From NCBI GenBank assembly GCA_965226055.1, contig CBDDCA010000005.1, forward strand, positions 288,001 through 352,000: DNA of 64,000 bases. The letters run 5' to 3'. The stretch comes from Spirochaetia bacterium (lineage in GTDB: Bacteria; Spirochaetota; Spirochaetia; WTKD01; G963693115). Both the position numbers and the translations under genes were made by a program. Below, piece after piece: positions 30,501-39,700 of this stretch (position 1 is the stretch's first letter; every line of letters starts with the position of its first letter). A model generated the notes under the pieces. That model saw only the letters and a list, made by a program, of their open reading frames with translations, made no database searches and was not told the DNA's origin.

Positions 30501-32299
30501 TCTTCTGACGGAGCTGTGGGTTGCGGAGTAGTTATGTCTTTTGTCGCTTGTGTGCTTTTGTTTCCTGCATAGTCTATTGCTTGTATTGTTATGGTGTATG
30601 TTTTGCCTTGTGTGAGTTCTTCTACAGAGAGTGATGTTGTGGGATAGGGTATTTTCTTCTCGCTCAGTACTGTGGTGCTTGTGCCTTTTTCTGCTATGCT
30701 TATGCTGTATTCTTTTATGTCTTTGTTATTGGCTTTTGTTGTATCGGGTGCTGTCCATGTTATCTGTGTGCCTATCTTTGTAGGTGATACAAAGGGATAG
30801 CTTGCTTGTATGTTTGTTACTGCATCGGGGGCGGTGCCATCATCTACTGTGGTGGTGGTTGCTGTTATTTTTGCTCCTTTGTTACCTGTGTAATCTTGTG
30901 ATTGTACTGCTATGCTGTATTCAGTGGTAGCTTTGAGGCCTGTTATCTGCGTATTGCGTACTGTTCTCTCTGTTATTGTTACTGTCTTTGCTGTTGTTGT
31001 TGTGCTGTCTTTTTCCGTTACTGTTATAGTCACTCCTGCATAGTCTCGTACATCGGGGGCTTGCCAGCCTACTACTATGCTATTTGCTCCTCCTACTGCA
31101 CTCACATTGCTTACAGGCTCTGTGCTTTTGTCTGTTGTTGCTTGTTCTTTTGACACTGCAGTGGAATACTTTCCGTTTTTAGAGACATACACTTCTACTT
31201 TGTAGGTAAGCGTGCCATAGAGTTTTGTGAGGGCTATGCCGTCCTTTGCTACATACACAGTGGCGTACTCTTGGTTGTCTGCACTTGCAGAGCTGAGTTT
31301 GGCTGTACTGCTATTGCTCACTGTTTCGTATGCTATGAGAGTATTTGTTGCTGTTGCTATCACTCGTACTTGGAGATTTTTATCTGTAAAGGCAAAGCTC
31401 CCCCACTTGATAAGCAGGCTTTCATCGGCTGGGCTATTGCTTTTATCGTTTGCTGTTACTGTAAGGTCTGATGCGGAAAGTGGCGTTACTGTTTGTGAGA
31501 GTGCTGATGGCACTATGCCTCTGAGCGCTTGCTTTGCCGTGCTTTCGTTGCCATTGCTATCTCTGTATACTACTGTTACATCATAGCTGATGCCGTCTAT
31601 AGTAGGGACAGCAATAGTTACTTCTCCTTGTGTTACATCTTGTACTGTTACTTCTTTTTTTACATTAGTGGTGCTTTCTATCACCTGTACTATGGCTTCT
31701 GCTATGTCTGTTTTGCCTGACGAGAGCAGTGCTTTGTCCCATGTTAGCTTTATGCCATTTGTTGCTGATTCTACTGCTACCTTGTTGAAGGTATCTTGAG
31801 GTTTCGTTGTATCTGTCAATGTTGTCACAGAGCGGGTTGTTTTTGGTGATACTTCTGTATCTGAGCCTGAGTTTGACTTCTGGGCTTCTATCTCTACAGT
31901 ATAATCGGTAGTAGCGTGCAAGCCTCTGAGTACATAGGGTCTGTTTTGTTGAAACAATGTACGATATTCTATTGCAGGAACACGCACTTCTATTGATTGT
32001 GCTGGTGTCGTTGATGTAGCTTTTACAACTACATGCGTAGCATCGCTTGGAGCTTCCCAGCGTAACGAGAGCGTCCCATCATTGCCTGCTGCTTGTATCT
32101 GCACATTGGACACTGATGCGAGTGTCGGGGTTACTGGCGTTCCCCCTCCGCCTGATGAGGAACTGCTACTCTCTGCACATCCTACGAGTACGAGGGTAGT
32201 CATTACTAGCACTAAAATCAGTGCAACTAGAGTTATACTATACTTACTTTGTAGCTTACCATTTAGCTGATAGTTTAGTTTTTCATTACTTTTTTTCAT
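27569..32299 (-). CDS. Large surface lipoprotein A: FN3-like stalk plus C-terminal DUF285/BspA-like repeats
   Basis: Lipobox LVGC, Ser/Gly linker, FN3-like W.AP...L...T.Y modules and 25-aa FNQDIGNW.V..V..M..MF repeats. Confidence 0.88.
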   Translation of the reverse strand: MKKSNEKLNYQLNGKLQSKYSITLVALILVLVMTTLVLVGCAESSSSSSGGGGTPVTPTLASVSNVQIQAAGNDGTLSLRWEAPSDATHVVVKATSTTPAQSIEVRVPAIEYRTLFQQNRPYVLRGLHATTDYTVEIEAQKSNSGSDTEVSPKTTRSVTTLTDTTKPQDTFNKVAVESATNGIKLTWDKALLSSGKTDIAEAIVQVIESTTNVKKEVTVQDVTQGEVTIAVPTIDGISYDVTVVYRDSNGNESTAKQALRGIVPSALSQTVTPLSASDLTVTANDKSNSPADESLLIKWGSFAFTDKNLQVRVIATATNTLIAYETVSNSSTAKLSSASADNQEYATVYVAKDGIALTKLYGTLTYKVEVYVSKNGKYSTAVSKEQATTDKSTEPVSNVSAVGGANSIVVGWQAPDVRDYAGVTITVTEKDSTTTTAKTVTITERTVRNTQITGLKATTEYSIAVQSQDYTGNKGAKITATTTTVDDGTAPDAVTNIQASYPFVSPTKIGTQITWTAPDTTKANNKDIKEYSISIAEKGTSTTVLSEKKIPYPTTSLSVEELTQGKTYTITIQAIDYAGNKSTQATKDITTPQPTAPSEDLFQNKPSLDITGAIQIKATFKQAPGIGSYYTLRMYDGATLVAEKSITESVTAITFGIADGLEVPKVQANAKNYRFTFLTIANNIVSPVTTLSDTVAVYDSTSTAPPAAKDAKLSVESVTQVTATAVYAFSAGDITDTNKAPSGSKLTQAQIQYKVYIAEGDHSTKTLEAIKGLAGVQTQNIAGDSTLQVRFIGTKGADYTAGVEAINSLNPSYSIGTSATIKKATLTAPPNTPKSTTYTNSNAVVFAVPTTGSNRRKKVITVQVNASAIAGVSKANGNALEATDLAYYVLYLKKEDTTGKPASVSALWAIEKSSVKVAKYTKATGTTQDTISIAIVDSTSGSNAGVTPIETAKDYYIGVRIVNTTSPNYDATNSEKLFPAGFYTDVTEIKEIYTSKAVAPNQSLLTGKLVVSQSTNTTGTIKLVLTELSTFTGAKDYDGTNITASNQLVYTVYGLQKDTDPTVAEVLAGRKINIGSASSGVYTVPALASLGLSSDTAPVVAVKGATKYYFVLEVAVKTDPSKKVASSTVASVTTASQATAPAEVSTIQTRVAQTGMRVSWTAPSLSASHKTNTGDALTAAQVSYKVYSIAKSGDTTRSVAQIKANANTATKNIAAGTTNTTLTNLTNGTTYEIVVQAVNSTDDTKASTGERHEFEVSAISIGNTSIVSAEVGTALASNTTRVLASTPSGNAFTCDANILEADAKKIKQETGLTVSFEQSSKTVTITGIANKSNIRDTAITEYSYDVAQCTITASKKKVPATIVIRTDIRTAPSGKAEAYYRPTTKSALQTIISEEKTRQATGGKSSNPSPNLNMIDTSAITDMSDLFAGDSTFNGDITQWNTSSVMNMNAVFFRVAAFNQDIGNWDVSSVTTMSTMFSQASIFNQDIGNWNVSAVTNMGGIFSFASAFNQDIGNWNVNKVTVINSIFLGASVFDQDLSSWKMCKVSSIRSVEFLNSAMNGKTAQYPKVAGSSACTS

Positions 32300-32361
32300 A
32301 ATGTTCTCCTTATAATTATCTATTTATTGTATAATTATATTATACATAATACACAAGTCTT

Positions 32362-32370
32362 ATTATAGCA
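32362..32370 (-). promoter_or_regulatory. Extended -10 promoter of lipoprotein A
   Basis: TGCTATAAT on the minus strand, about 60 bp upstream of the ATG; AAGGAG SD. Confidence 0.6.
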
Positions 32371-32403
32371 AAAATACTATTTTTTGTGTTATATCTGAAA
32401 ATT

Positions 32404-32424
32404 AAAAAAAAAAAAAAAAAAAAA
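32404..32424. repeat. A21 homopolymer (T21 on the coding strand) upstream of the lipoprotein A promoter
   Basis: 21 consecutive A, the longest homopolymer seen in the window. Confidence 0.9.
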
Positions 32425-32495
32425 TACACTGGATTACACAAAAATGCATAGCAAAAAGTGATAATAATGCTACAATAGAGATGCTATGAACAAAA

Positions 32496-32547
32496 TTTGA
32501 TCTCTGCTGAAACCTTTACTGTCGCAATTAGTCCTTGAATCCGCACT
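32496..32547. repeat. 52-bp direct repeat, right copy
   Basis: tttgatctctgctgaaacctttactgtcgcaattagtccttgaatccgcact; 3 bp from the VOC gene stop. Confidence 0.93.
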
Positions 32548-32550
32548 CTA

Positions 32551-33690
32551 TTATTTTTCTATTTCGTTACACATAATAGGGATATTATTAGGATCTTTTA
32601 GAATACATAGCTTTGAAGAAACATAAGGGGTACTCATACTCTGCTCTTTTTCTACAAGTATAATATGCTCTTGTTCGGCACAAAACGATACAAACGCATC
32701 TATTCCTGATACTTCAATACCAAGCGTACAATAATGTTCCAATAATGAGAGAGAACTATTTACAGAAGAAACAGAATCATCACTCTCTGCATTTATCTCT
32801 TTTCTTTGCTCTTTGCTCTGCTGTGTTGTGCTTGCTCCCTCCTTTGAATGAGTATTGTTTCTATTTACAGAAACAAGCTCAATTTCAAATCCAAAAAATA
32901 TGTCAGGAAAGACAGCAGTTCCTTTTTTTGAACAAATGATTTTAGTTCTTCTTACTTCTTGATTACGTGGCAAAAAAGAAAAATCTTCAAACTTTCTTTG
33001 TTCATCAAACACAACAGTGTCATATTTTGCAATAGAACGATAAAATGCTATGGTGGCATCAATATCTTGTGTTCCTATCATAAGCCCTGCAAATCGTACA
33101 ATGCGTGGTTTCTTAGATAAGCGTAAACGAGATAATGAACATGTATGCTTGGTGGTATCTTCAAAGCAGTATATCCAATTATATTCTGTATCACGAAAGA
33201 AAAATCCTGCTTTATTATCAGGAGATAGGGCAATATGTGATACCTCATATCCGTACATACTCATAGCGTTCCGCAGAATATGTACATCCTCACACTCAAA
33301 CTTTAAGGCAATAATGCCTATACTATCCACTCCTTTTTCTCTATCAAGCAATGGAAACTTTGTATGCAGAAAATGCAATAATGCCACTGACGGACATTTT
33401 GCTTTGTGAAATAAAAATTGGTATAGTACATTACTATTTTGCACATTCAAAGTAGGGTTTACATGATGTAAGAGAGCAGATATTCCTTGTAGCTGTTGTG
33501 TACTGTCTTTATAAGAAAGGTTATATACATCACAGTACTGTTTCTTTGAAAAAGCAAGGTGTTGTGTATAATAATCCAATGTGCGTGCAGGATACCGACA
33601 GCCAAGCCCAAGAAATGATATGCCTGCGGTTTCCCACTGAGCAGGTTGTGTTTCTTTTGTAGTATGTGCAGTATGTGTTGTCTGAGACAT
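32551..33690 (-). CDS. VOC/glyoxalase-like protein (tandem domains)
   Basis: TLDYY...L.F, FFFRDTEYN, DIDATIAFY and LKDPNN patterns. Confidence 0.65.
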   Translation of the reverse strand: MSQTTHTAHTTKETQPAQWETAGISFLGLGCRYPARTLDYYTQHLAFSKKQYCDVYNLSYKDSTQQLQGISALLHHVNPTLNVQNSNVLYQFLFHKAKCPSVALLHFLHTKFPLLDREKGVDSIGIIALKFECEDVHILRNAMSMYGYEVSHIALSPDNKAGFFFRDTEYNWIYCFEDTTKHTCSLSRLRLSKKPRIVRFAGLMIGTQDIDATIAFYRSIAKYDTVVFDEQRKFEDFSFLPRNQEVRRTKIICSKKGTAVFPDIFFGFEIELVSVNRNNTHSKEGASTTQQSKEQRKEINAESDDSVSSVNSSLSLLEHYCTLGIEVSGIDAFVSFCAEQEHIILVEKEQSMSTPYVSSKLCILKDPNNIPIMCNEIEK

Positions 33691-33731
33691 AATGTATATC
33701 CTATAACTACTGTAAAAACATATCGTGTGTA

Positions 33732-34943
33732 TTACTGTTGCTTATATTGCAGAAAAAAATCGTATAATGATTTCATCGCATTTTGTAACTGCTCTGGTGC
33801 TGGTAATATCACTATACGTATATGGTCAGGAGTTTCATAATTAAATGCTCTTCCATGCACAAGCAAAATATGTTTTTGGTGTAAAATATCCAGCACAAGT
33901 TTTTCATCATCTGTAATGGAGAATTTTTTTATATCTATCTTAGGAAATACATACATTGCTCCTTTTGGATATACTGCAGTCATGCCATCAATAGTAGTAA
34001 TAGCGTCCATCACTATCTTTCTTTGTTGATAGAGCCTTCCTTGTGGTGACACTAAATGATCAATGGCATTGTCATGTTGTAATGCAACAGGAACAGCCCA
34101 CTGTGCTAGCACATTACTACACAGTCGCATATTTGAAAGAATAACAAGTCCTTCCATGACATCTTTTAAGCATTTTTTTGGATCATGTACTACTAACCAA
34201 CCTACCCGTAATCCCGGAGCTCGATACGCTTTTGCAAGCCCATTAAAAAAAATACAGGGATAATCGCCACTTATTTCTGCCATATAATGCATTTTTGCAT
34301 CATCATATAGTACTCTTTCATAAATTTCATCAGACAAAATAATAAGATTATGCTTTTTTGCAATAGTAACAATACGCTGTAATACTTCTTTCTCGTACAC
34401 TGCTCCTGTTGGGTTATTAGGGTTTATCACAACTATCGCTTTTGTTTTTGCAGTTATCTTTGATTCAATGTCTTTGCTATCTGGATTCCATTGACTTTGT
34501 TCATCACAGGTATAATACACTGCTTTTCCTCCCCCTAAACGCACCGAAGCAGTCCATAAAGGATAATCTGGAGTAGGAATAAGTATTTCATCTCCATTGT
34601 TTATAAAAGAATTCAATGCCATTGGAATAAGTTCACTTACTCCATTGCCTAAAAAAATAGAATCTGTATGTACAGTGATGCCTCGTTTTTGATAATACGC
34701 TTGAATTGCATTACGAGCAACCAAGCCTCCACGACTATTCCCATATCCATAGCTTTCCTCTTGATGTTCAAACATATGCTTATACACATCAGTGGTAGGA
34801 AACAATCCAAACGGAGGAGTGTTTCCTGTGTTCAACTTAAGAATAGGAATGCCTTGCTGTTCTAATTTCTCAGCTTCTTCCAGCACTATCCCTCGTATAT
34901 CGTAGCCTACATCATCTAGTTTTTTTGATTTTTCCCATAGCAT
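33732..34943 (-). CDS. alaA: Class I/II PLP aminotransferase, AlaA type
   Basis: YDIRG, GNGVSELI, PDYPLWTA, NPNNPTG, DEIY and NGLAKAYR..G.R.GW motifs. Confidence 0.85.
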   Translation of the reverse strand: MLWEKSKKLDDVGYDIRGIVLEEAEKLEQQGIPILKLNTGNTPPFGLFPTTDVYKHMFEHQEESYGYGNSRGGLVARNAIQAYYQKRGITVHTDSIFLGNGVSELIPMALNSFINNGDEILIPTPDYPLWTASVRLGGGKAVYYTCDEQSQWNPDSKDIESKITAKTKAIVVINPNNPTGAVYEKEVLQRIVTIAKKHNLIILSDEIYERVLYDDAKMHYMAEISGDYPCIFFNGLAKAYRAPGLRVGWLVVHDPKKCLKDVMEGLVILSNMRLCSNVLAQWAVPVALQHDNAIDHLVSPQGRLYQQRKIVMDAITTIDGMTAVYPKGAMYVFPKIDIKKFSITDDEKLVLDILHQKHILLVHGRAFNYETPDHIRIVILPAPEQLQNAMKSLYDFFLQYKQQ

Positions 34944-34958
34944 ATCTGATCTGTATTC

Positions 34959-35405
34959 TTATGAATCTTCCGATGATTGATCATCGAATTTTTCAAATAA
35001 CTTTGCACGCAAATTAGCACGAGTAAAGCTATGTACATCTATTTTTTCTGTACCAAGTAGATTACAAGTACCTTCAAAATCAACATTAGGTTGCATTCTA
35101 ATTTTAGCAGCATGTATATCTCCACGAATATATGCCGTAGAGTATACTAATAATCCTTTTCTTGCATGAATAGTACCATGGAGAGTACCTGCTATTAAAA
35201 TAAAATCAGCCTCTATTCTCGCTTCAATACTCGCACTAGGAAAAATAACCAATAGCTCACCACCTATAATAGAACCTGACACTGATCCCAGTACACTCAG
35301 AGAAGTCTTAAATCGTAGTGTCCCTGTATATTTAGATGTTTTTCCAATTCTACTGTTTGTCTGTGGAAGCTCAATTAAATTGATTTCATTCTTTGTGTTG
35401 CTCAT
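34959..35405 (-). CDS. Bactofilin (polymer-forming cytoskeletal protein)
   Basis: IG......G.L......V.G...G.I beta-solenoid pattern ending FEG.C. Confidence 0.82.
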   Translation of the reverse strand: MSNTKNEINLIELPQTNSRIGKTSKYTGTLRFKTSLSVLGSVSGSIIGGELLVIFPSASIEARIEADFILIAGTLHGTIHARKGLLVYSTAYIRGDIHAAKIRMQPNVDFEGTCNLLGTEKIDVHSFTRANLRAKLFEKFDDQSSEDS

Positions 35406-35424
35406 ATATTATTCCTTTCTACTA

Positions 35425-36147
35425 TTATTCTGATGAAGATACTGTGTCATTTTCAATTCCATATGCTGCATTAGCTAGCAAGAAATTCTTTTCATACATA
35501 TCATCTAAATGAGCTATGCCGTCATTACTGGCAATATGGTTAATCATCTCTTGTAATTGTTCTTTTACTGCGTTGATAGCTGCTAGTACTTCTATTGCAC
35601 TCTTTCGTGATACTACAAGATATTCTTTCATCTCTCGTTCATTGAGTTTGTCTGATAATTTGAAATCAATAAATCGTTGTATCGGAGCTCTTACATGTTC
35701 CGCAAGATGTTCGTTGAGCTTTGTAATATTTTCAATACTCTTTGCTTGTGTCTCCCTCTGAGTCCATACCCTAAATTTATGTACAAGCTGTTCAATAGTG
35801 GAAAGGTACGCAATAAGCTCTAGTACATTGATAGGCTTAGCAAGAAAATAGTTAATGCCTTTGCTAAGATATGCTACCTTGTCTATGACAGATTCACTTT
35901 CATGTACCAGTATTTTAGCAACGAAATTATGAAAATATTGACGCTTAATAGTATCTAAAACAACATCCATTTCTTGTTTTGAAAGATCTTCATAGTCCAG
36001 AATTAAAATATACGGCATTTCATCTTTCATATTTGCACACACTTCCTGTGCTGAGTGAAATATTTCAAATTGAAGTTTTAGGGACTGTAATATTTCTAGT
36101 GGTATTTCCAGAAAATGCTTATTATTGCTTACTGCATAAATTATCAT
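35425..36147 (-). CDS. Receiver-domain protein with helical C-terminus
   Basis: P.ILILD and G.NYFLAKP receiver pattern; the N-terminal acidic pocket is degenerate. Confidence 0.65.
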   Translation of the reverse strand: MIIYAVSNNKHFLEIPLEILQSLKLQFEIFHSAQEVCANMKDEMPYILILDYEDLSKQEMDVVLDTIKRQYFHNFVAKILVHESESVIDKVAYLSKGINYFLAKPINVLELIAYLSTIEQLVHKFRVWTQRETQAKSIENITKLNEHLAEHVRAPIQRFIDFKLSDKLNEREMKEYLVVSRKSAIEVLAAINAVKEQLQEMINHIASNDGIAHLDDMYEKNFLLANAAYGIENDTVSSSE

Positions 36148-36186
36148 ATATACCTCTTACAAAAACACAGAATTACCAGTATTTAT

Positions 36187-37941
36187 TTAATTTTTTAGTA
36201 TACTAATTTTCTTAAAACTAGTGCTATTATATAGTATAGCATAAAGAAACATTACTATACTGAAAACAACACATATTTTTGCAAAAAAATCTTTATATAC
36301 AGTGTATAGGGTAGTCTTTTCTGTATAGACAGGCACATCATATACAATATAATCACGTGTAAAGGAAGGAAGCATGCGAGCAATCTTTCCGTTAGGGTCT
36401 ATCACTGCAGTTATACCAGCGTTTGTCGCACGTAACACAGAACGCTTGTTTTCCACTGCACGTACAACAGAGAGCTGTAAATGTTGCATTGCATTTACTT
36501 CCATTTTAGACCATGCATCATTAGTAATATTTATCAACAGCTCTGCTCCTTTCTCAACAAACACTGCATTTTGAGCACCAAAGCCATCTTCAAAACAAAT
36601 AGGAGTAGCAAACTGTAGCTGTGATGTTGTAAGTATCGTGTATTCTGTTCCCGGTTCCCAAAAATGCACATCTCTCTCTTTTAGTATATTATAGAAAAAG
36701 GAAAGCGAACGTTTATACGGAAAATATTCTGTAAACGGAACAAGATGTAATTTATAGTACGCTCCGTAGCGTTTATTTCCCTTAAATAAAATGGAAGCAT
36801 TATAATCTATCCTTCTAGGATAATTATCTTCGTCAAATACACGAACTCCTTCCCCGTTCCCAATAAGAAAATATGTATCAGGATATTGTTCAAAATAACG
36901 AAGAAGTGTATTGATAAGCCCTACATACTGCGGATTTTGTTTATACTTTAAGTGATATGCAATAGAAGGAACAAACGCTGTTTCTGACCATACTACCATG
37001 TGAACATCATGCTGAGCAAGTAATTCATCACTTAATCTCATTAACTCCTCTAAAGATTTTTTGTATGCACTGTAGCCTCCTTTCCATGGATCTGTATCGT
37101 GCTGCACTAAGCCTATTTTTTTTGTAGTGCTTTGAGAATAATCTACTGTAGCTACCATCCCATAGAGAAGCACAGCAACAAAAAATACTCCATATACAAT
37201 AGTTGCTCCCTTTTCTATAGTTTTTTTATTGTATTGAGAAAGACGTAGATGCCAAGGAGTACGCACCATTGAAGAAACATTGTGTGTCATATTCATATGC
37301 GTTACGGACATTCTTAAAAAATACTGATAGAGTAAGCTAGAAGGAAACACTACAAGTAAACAGAGTATCCATACACCAAATATATCAGTAATCTGTATAA
37401 GGATAGGATAAAAAGAAAGAGCATAGCCAATAACACCAAAGCTATATCCTAAAAAACCAAGTGTTCGTAGATAGTCATATGCTACCCAACAAATAGGCAA
37501 GAGTAAAAAAGCAAAACGAGGAAAACTGATCATAAGTACCTTTATCACCAGAAAATGAACTATGAAATACAAACCATAAATAGCGGGGACAATCAAAGAA
37601 GCGTTAGGATCAAACACAAATAGCCATACATTAAAAACAAGGTAGCATATAAATCCATACAAAAAGCCCCACAATGGCATGCTTCGGAGAGAATTGCGAT
37701 GTATTAACACATATACTGGTAAAACTGCAAAAAATGATACAAATCCCCACCCAAAACGAATAATAACATTAGGAAAAGCACTACTAAATAAAATTACTCC
37801 CATCAATAACAAGATACAGTTTACAAGCAAATTTTTGAAAAACGACTGTGATGGAAAAAAGAAGAGAGAAATACTAGAGGAGATAGTTCGTTGTTTTACT
37901 ATCAGTTTAATTGGCAGTCTAGTTGGCAGCTTAGCCATCAC
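36187..37941 (-). CDS. lnt: Apolipoprotein N-acyltransferase
   Basis: WSETA, YYKLHLVPFTEY, ICFED, NDAW and RAVEN motifs. The true start may be further downstream. Confidence 0.94.
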   Translation of the reverse strand: MMAKLPTRLPIKLIVKQRTISSSISLFFFPSQSFFKNLLVNCILLLMGVILFSSAFPNVIIRFGWGFVSFFAVLPVYVLIHRNSLRSMPLWGFLYGFICYLVFNVWLFVFDPNASLIVPAIYGLYFIVHFLVIKVLMISFPRFAFLLLPICWVAYDYLRTLGFLGYSFGVIGYALSFYPILIQITDIFGVWILCLLVVFPSSLLYQYFLRMSVTHMNMTHNVSSMVRTPWHLRLSQYNKKTIEKGATIVYGVFFVAVLLYGMVATVDYSQSTTKKIGLVQHDTDPWKGGYSAYKKSLEELMRLSDELLAQHDVHMVVWSETAFVPSIAYHLKYKQNPQYVGLINTLLRYFEQYPDTYFLIGNGEGVRVFDEDNYPRRIDYNASILFKGNKRYGAYYKLHLVPFTEYFPYKRSLSFFYNILKERDVHFWEPGTEYTILTTSQLQFATPICFEDGFGAQNAVFVEKGAELLINITNDAWSKMEVNAMQHLQLSVVRAVENKRSVLRATNAGITAVIDPNGKIARMLPSFTRDYIVYDVPVYTEKTTLYTVYKDFFAKICVVFSIVMFLYAILYNSTSFKKISILKN

Positions 37942-38320
37942 TTAAAGACCACACTGCATCTTTTAAACGTTTCCCTGCTCTAAATGCTACTACAGTGTGT
38001 TCAGGTACTGTAACCACTTCTCCTGTTTTAGGATTCCGTGCTTTAGTCTTTGCTTTTCGCACACGTAGTTCAAATACTCCAAAATCTCGTAATTCTATGC
38101 TATTGCCTGCTATAATCATCTCAGATATTGTTTGTGTACATAATTTTATCAGAATGTTAATATCATGCTCACTTAAAGAATTGAGTGCTATATTATTATT
38201 GTATTCTTCTAGCTCTTGCTCTGTAGCTCCTGAATGTATACTGGCTTTTCTCTGACGAATATAATCTTCAACTTTGTCATATAAGAGCCTAGCAAGATCG
38301 CTTCGAATTAGTTTACTCAA
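37931..38320 (-). CDS. HU/IHF-family DNA-binding protein with an insertion
   Basis: IELRDFGVF...RK....ARNPKTGE...VP....VAFRAGK motif; follows rpsT as hbb does in Borrelia. Confidence 0.9.
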   Translation of the reverse strand: MSKLIRSDLARLLYDKVEDYIRQRKASIHSGATEQELEEYNNNIALNSLSEHDINILIKLCTQTISEMIIAGNSIELRDFGVFELRVRKAKTKARNPKTGEVVTVPEHTVVAFRAGKRLKDAVWSLSDG

Positions 38321-38341
38321 CGATAGCTCACAAAAAATATA

Positions 38342-38731
38342 CTACGATTGTGTGATGTCTGGAGTATCGACATCACTTGAAGCAGGGGCGGTACTTTCGG
38401 AAGCATGCTCTGGTACTGTCGCAGAAGAAACAGGACTTTTATGAGCATTCGTATATGTGTGAATTCGCGTAAAAAGACGAGATTTTATTCTTGCTGCCTT
38501 ATTTCTATGATACACTCCCTTGTTTACTGCTGAGTCAGTAAGCCTTACCACTAAACGCAACTGAGACTTAAATGCATCACTGTTAGTGTCAATGGGATCT
38601 TTAGCATGAGGTTGTAGCATAGCAACAATCTTTTTTAGTTCTGTTCTATGTTGAGAAATAATAGACTTATTACGCAGGTGCTTTTTAGCACTTTGAATGG
38701 TTCTTTTCTTTGCCTGTTTTGTATTAGCCAT
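38342..38731 (-). CDS. rpsT: 30S ribosomal protein S20 with C-terminal extension
   Basis: MANTKQAKKR and KGVYHRNKAARIKSRL motifs. Confidence 0.94.
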   Translation of the reverse strand: MANTKQAKKRTIQSAKKHLRNKSIISQHRTELKKIVAMLQPHAKDPIDTNSDAFKSQLRLVVRLTDSAVNKGVYHRNKAARIKSRLFTRIHTYTNAHKSPVSSATVPEHASESTAPASSDVDTPDITQS

Positions 38732-38737
38732 ATATTT

Positions 38738-38766
38738 ATTATCTTATTTTATATGAAATATGTCAA
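38738..38766 (-). promoter_or_regulatory. Promoter giving a probably leaderless rpsT mRNA
   Basis: TTGACA-N17-GATAAT-N6-ATG, with no SD. Confidence 0.7.
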
Positions 38767-38897
38767 CTATTCTGTAATGAAATTGGAAATTCAAAATCCA
38801 ATGTTTTATATTTGCTACAATGTATATAATTTTCATTGATTGAATATCCTATTTTTTGATTACACACTGCCTCAGCAGTATATTGTATAATATTACT

Positions 38898-39419
38898 ATG
38901 TCAGATAAAAAAGCAAAAATAGCACTATTTGTAGATGGAGCAAATGTATTTTATTCTCAGAAAACAGCAGATTTTTGGATTGATTGGGTAAAACTCATAG
39001 CACATTTAGAACAAGAAAGAGAAGGCAAAATAGAGCAAGCCTTTTATTATATAGGAAGACATATTCCTCCAGAAGCACGAGCCTCAAAATATACAAAATT
39101 TTTACAAAACATCGGCTTTACTGTTAGAACAAAAGACATTAAATTCTTTACAGATCCTGTTACAGGAGAGAAAAAAAGCAAAGCAAATTTAGATATAGAG
39201 ATTGCCTTTGATATGATGTTTACACTTCCACGATATGATACAGCTATTTTATTTAGTGGTGATGGTGATTTTGTTAGAGCGGTTGAATTGGTGAGACAAA
39301 GTAGTAAGGAAATATATGTATACGCAGAACAAAAAAGCATCGCACGGGAATTAAGAAATGCTGCAGGGATGCATTATGTTGATTTTACAACATTAAAAGA
39401 GATCAAAAGAAATAAATAA
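38898..39419 (+). CDS. NYN-domain (LabA/DUF88, PIN-like) putative ribonuclease
   Basis: FVDGAN, K.NLDIEIAFD and LFSGDGDF motifs. Start moved to ATG 38898 (TATAAT-N6-ATG). Confidence 0.9.
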   Translation: MSDKKAKIALFVDGANVFYSQKTADFWIDWVKLIAHLEQEREGKIEQAFYYIGRHIPPEARASKYTKFLQNIGFTVRTKDIKFFTDPVTGEKKSKANLDIEIAFDMMFTLPRYDTAILFSGDGDFVRAVELVRQSSKEIYVYAEQKSIARELRNAAGMHYVDFTTLKEIKRNK

Positions 39420-39444
39420 AGTGTATATACTTTAATACTATTCA

Positions 39445-39700
39445 AGCAAGAGAATCATCAAAGCGATTCTCTTGCTCAAGATAACTTTTACCCTTTCTCA
39501 TTTTAAGGGTGTTTCATTTATCATCTTCTCCTGATTTAAGGAGATTATATTTCTTCTTCAAAATTTTGAAGTATGATTTGTCTATCTTACAGATGACAAC
39601 ATCTTATAATTATATTGATACTTTTTTTAAAAAAAGTCAAGAGTTTTAACGGAAAATTGTGGAATATTTCCTTTCGTGGTACTGCTTTGTAGATAGTATC
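39445..39700. other. Array of about eight short hairpins; candidate structured RNA (the first may be the NYN terminator)
   Basis: Stems at 39445-76, 39490-510, 39527-44, 39556-71, 39578-99, 39615-40, 39651-71 and 39678-700. Confidence 0.45.

Noticed and set aside
28284-32270. Many 60-130 aa + strand ORFs overlapping lipoproteins A-D (also 50506-57289)
   Set aside because: Antisense shadows of Thr/Ala/Val-rich, codon-biased genes; they recur in the paralogues only because the sense gene does.
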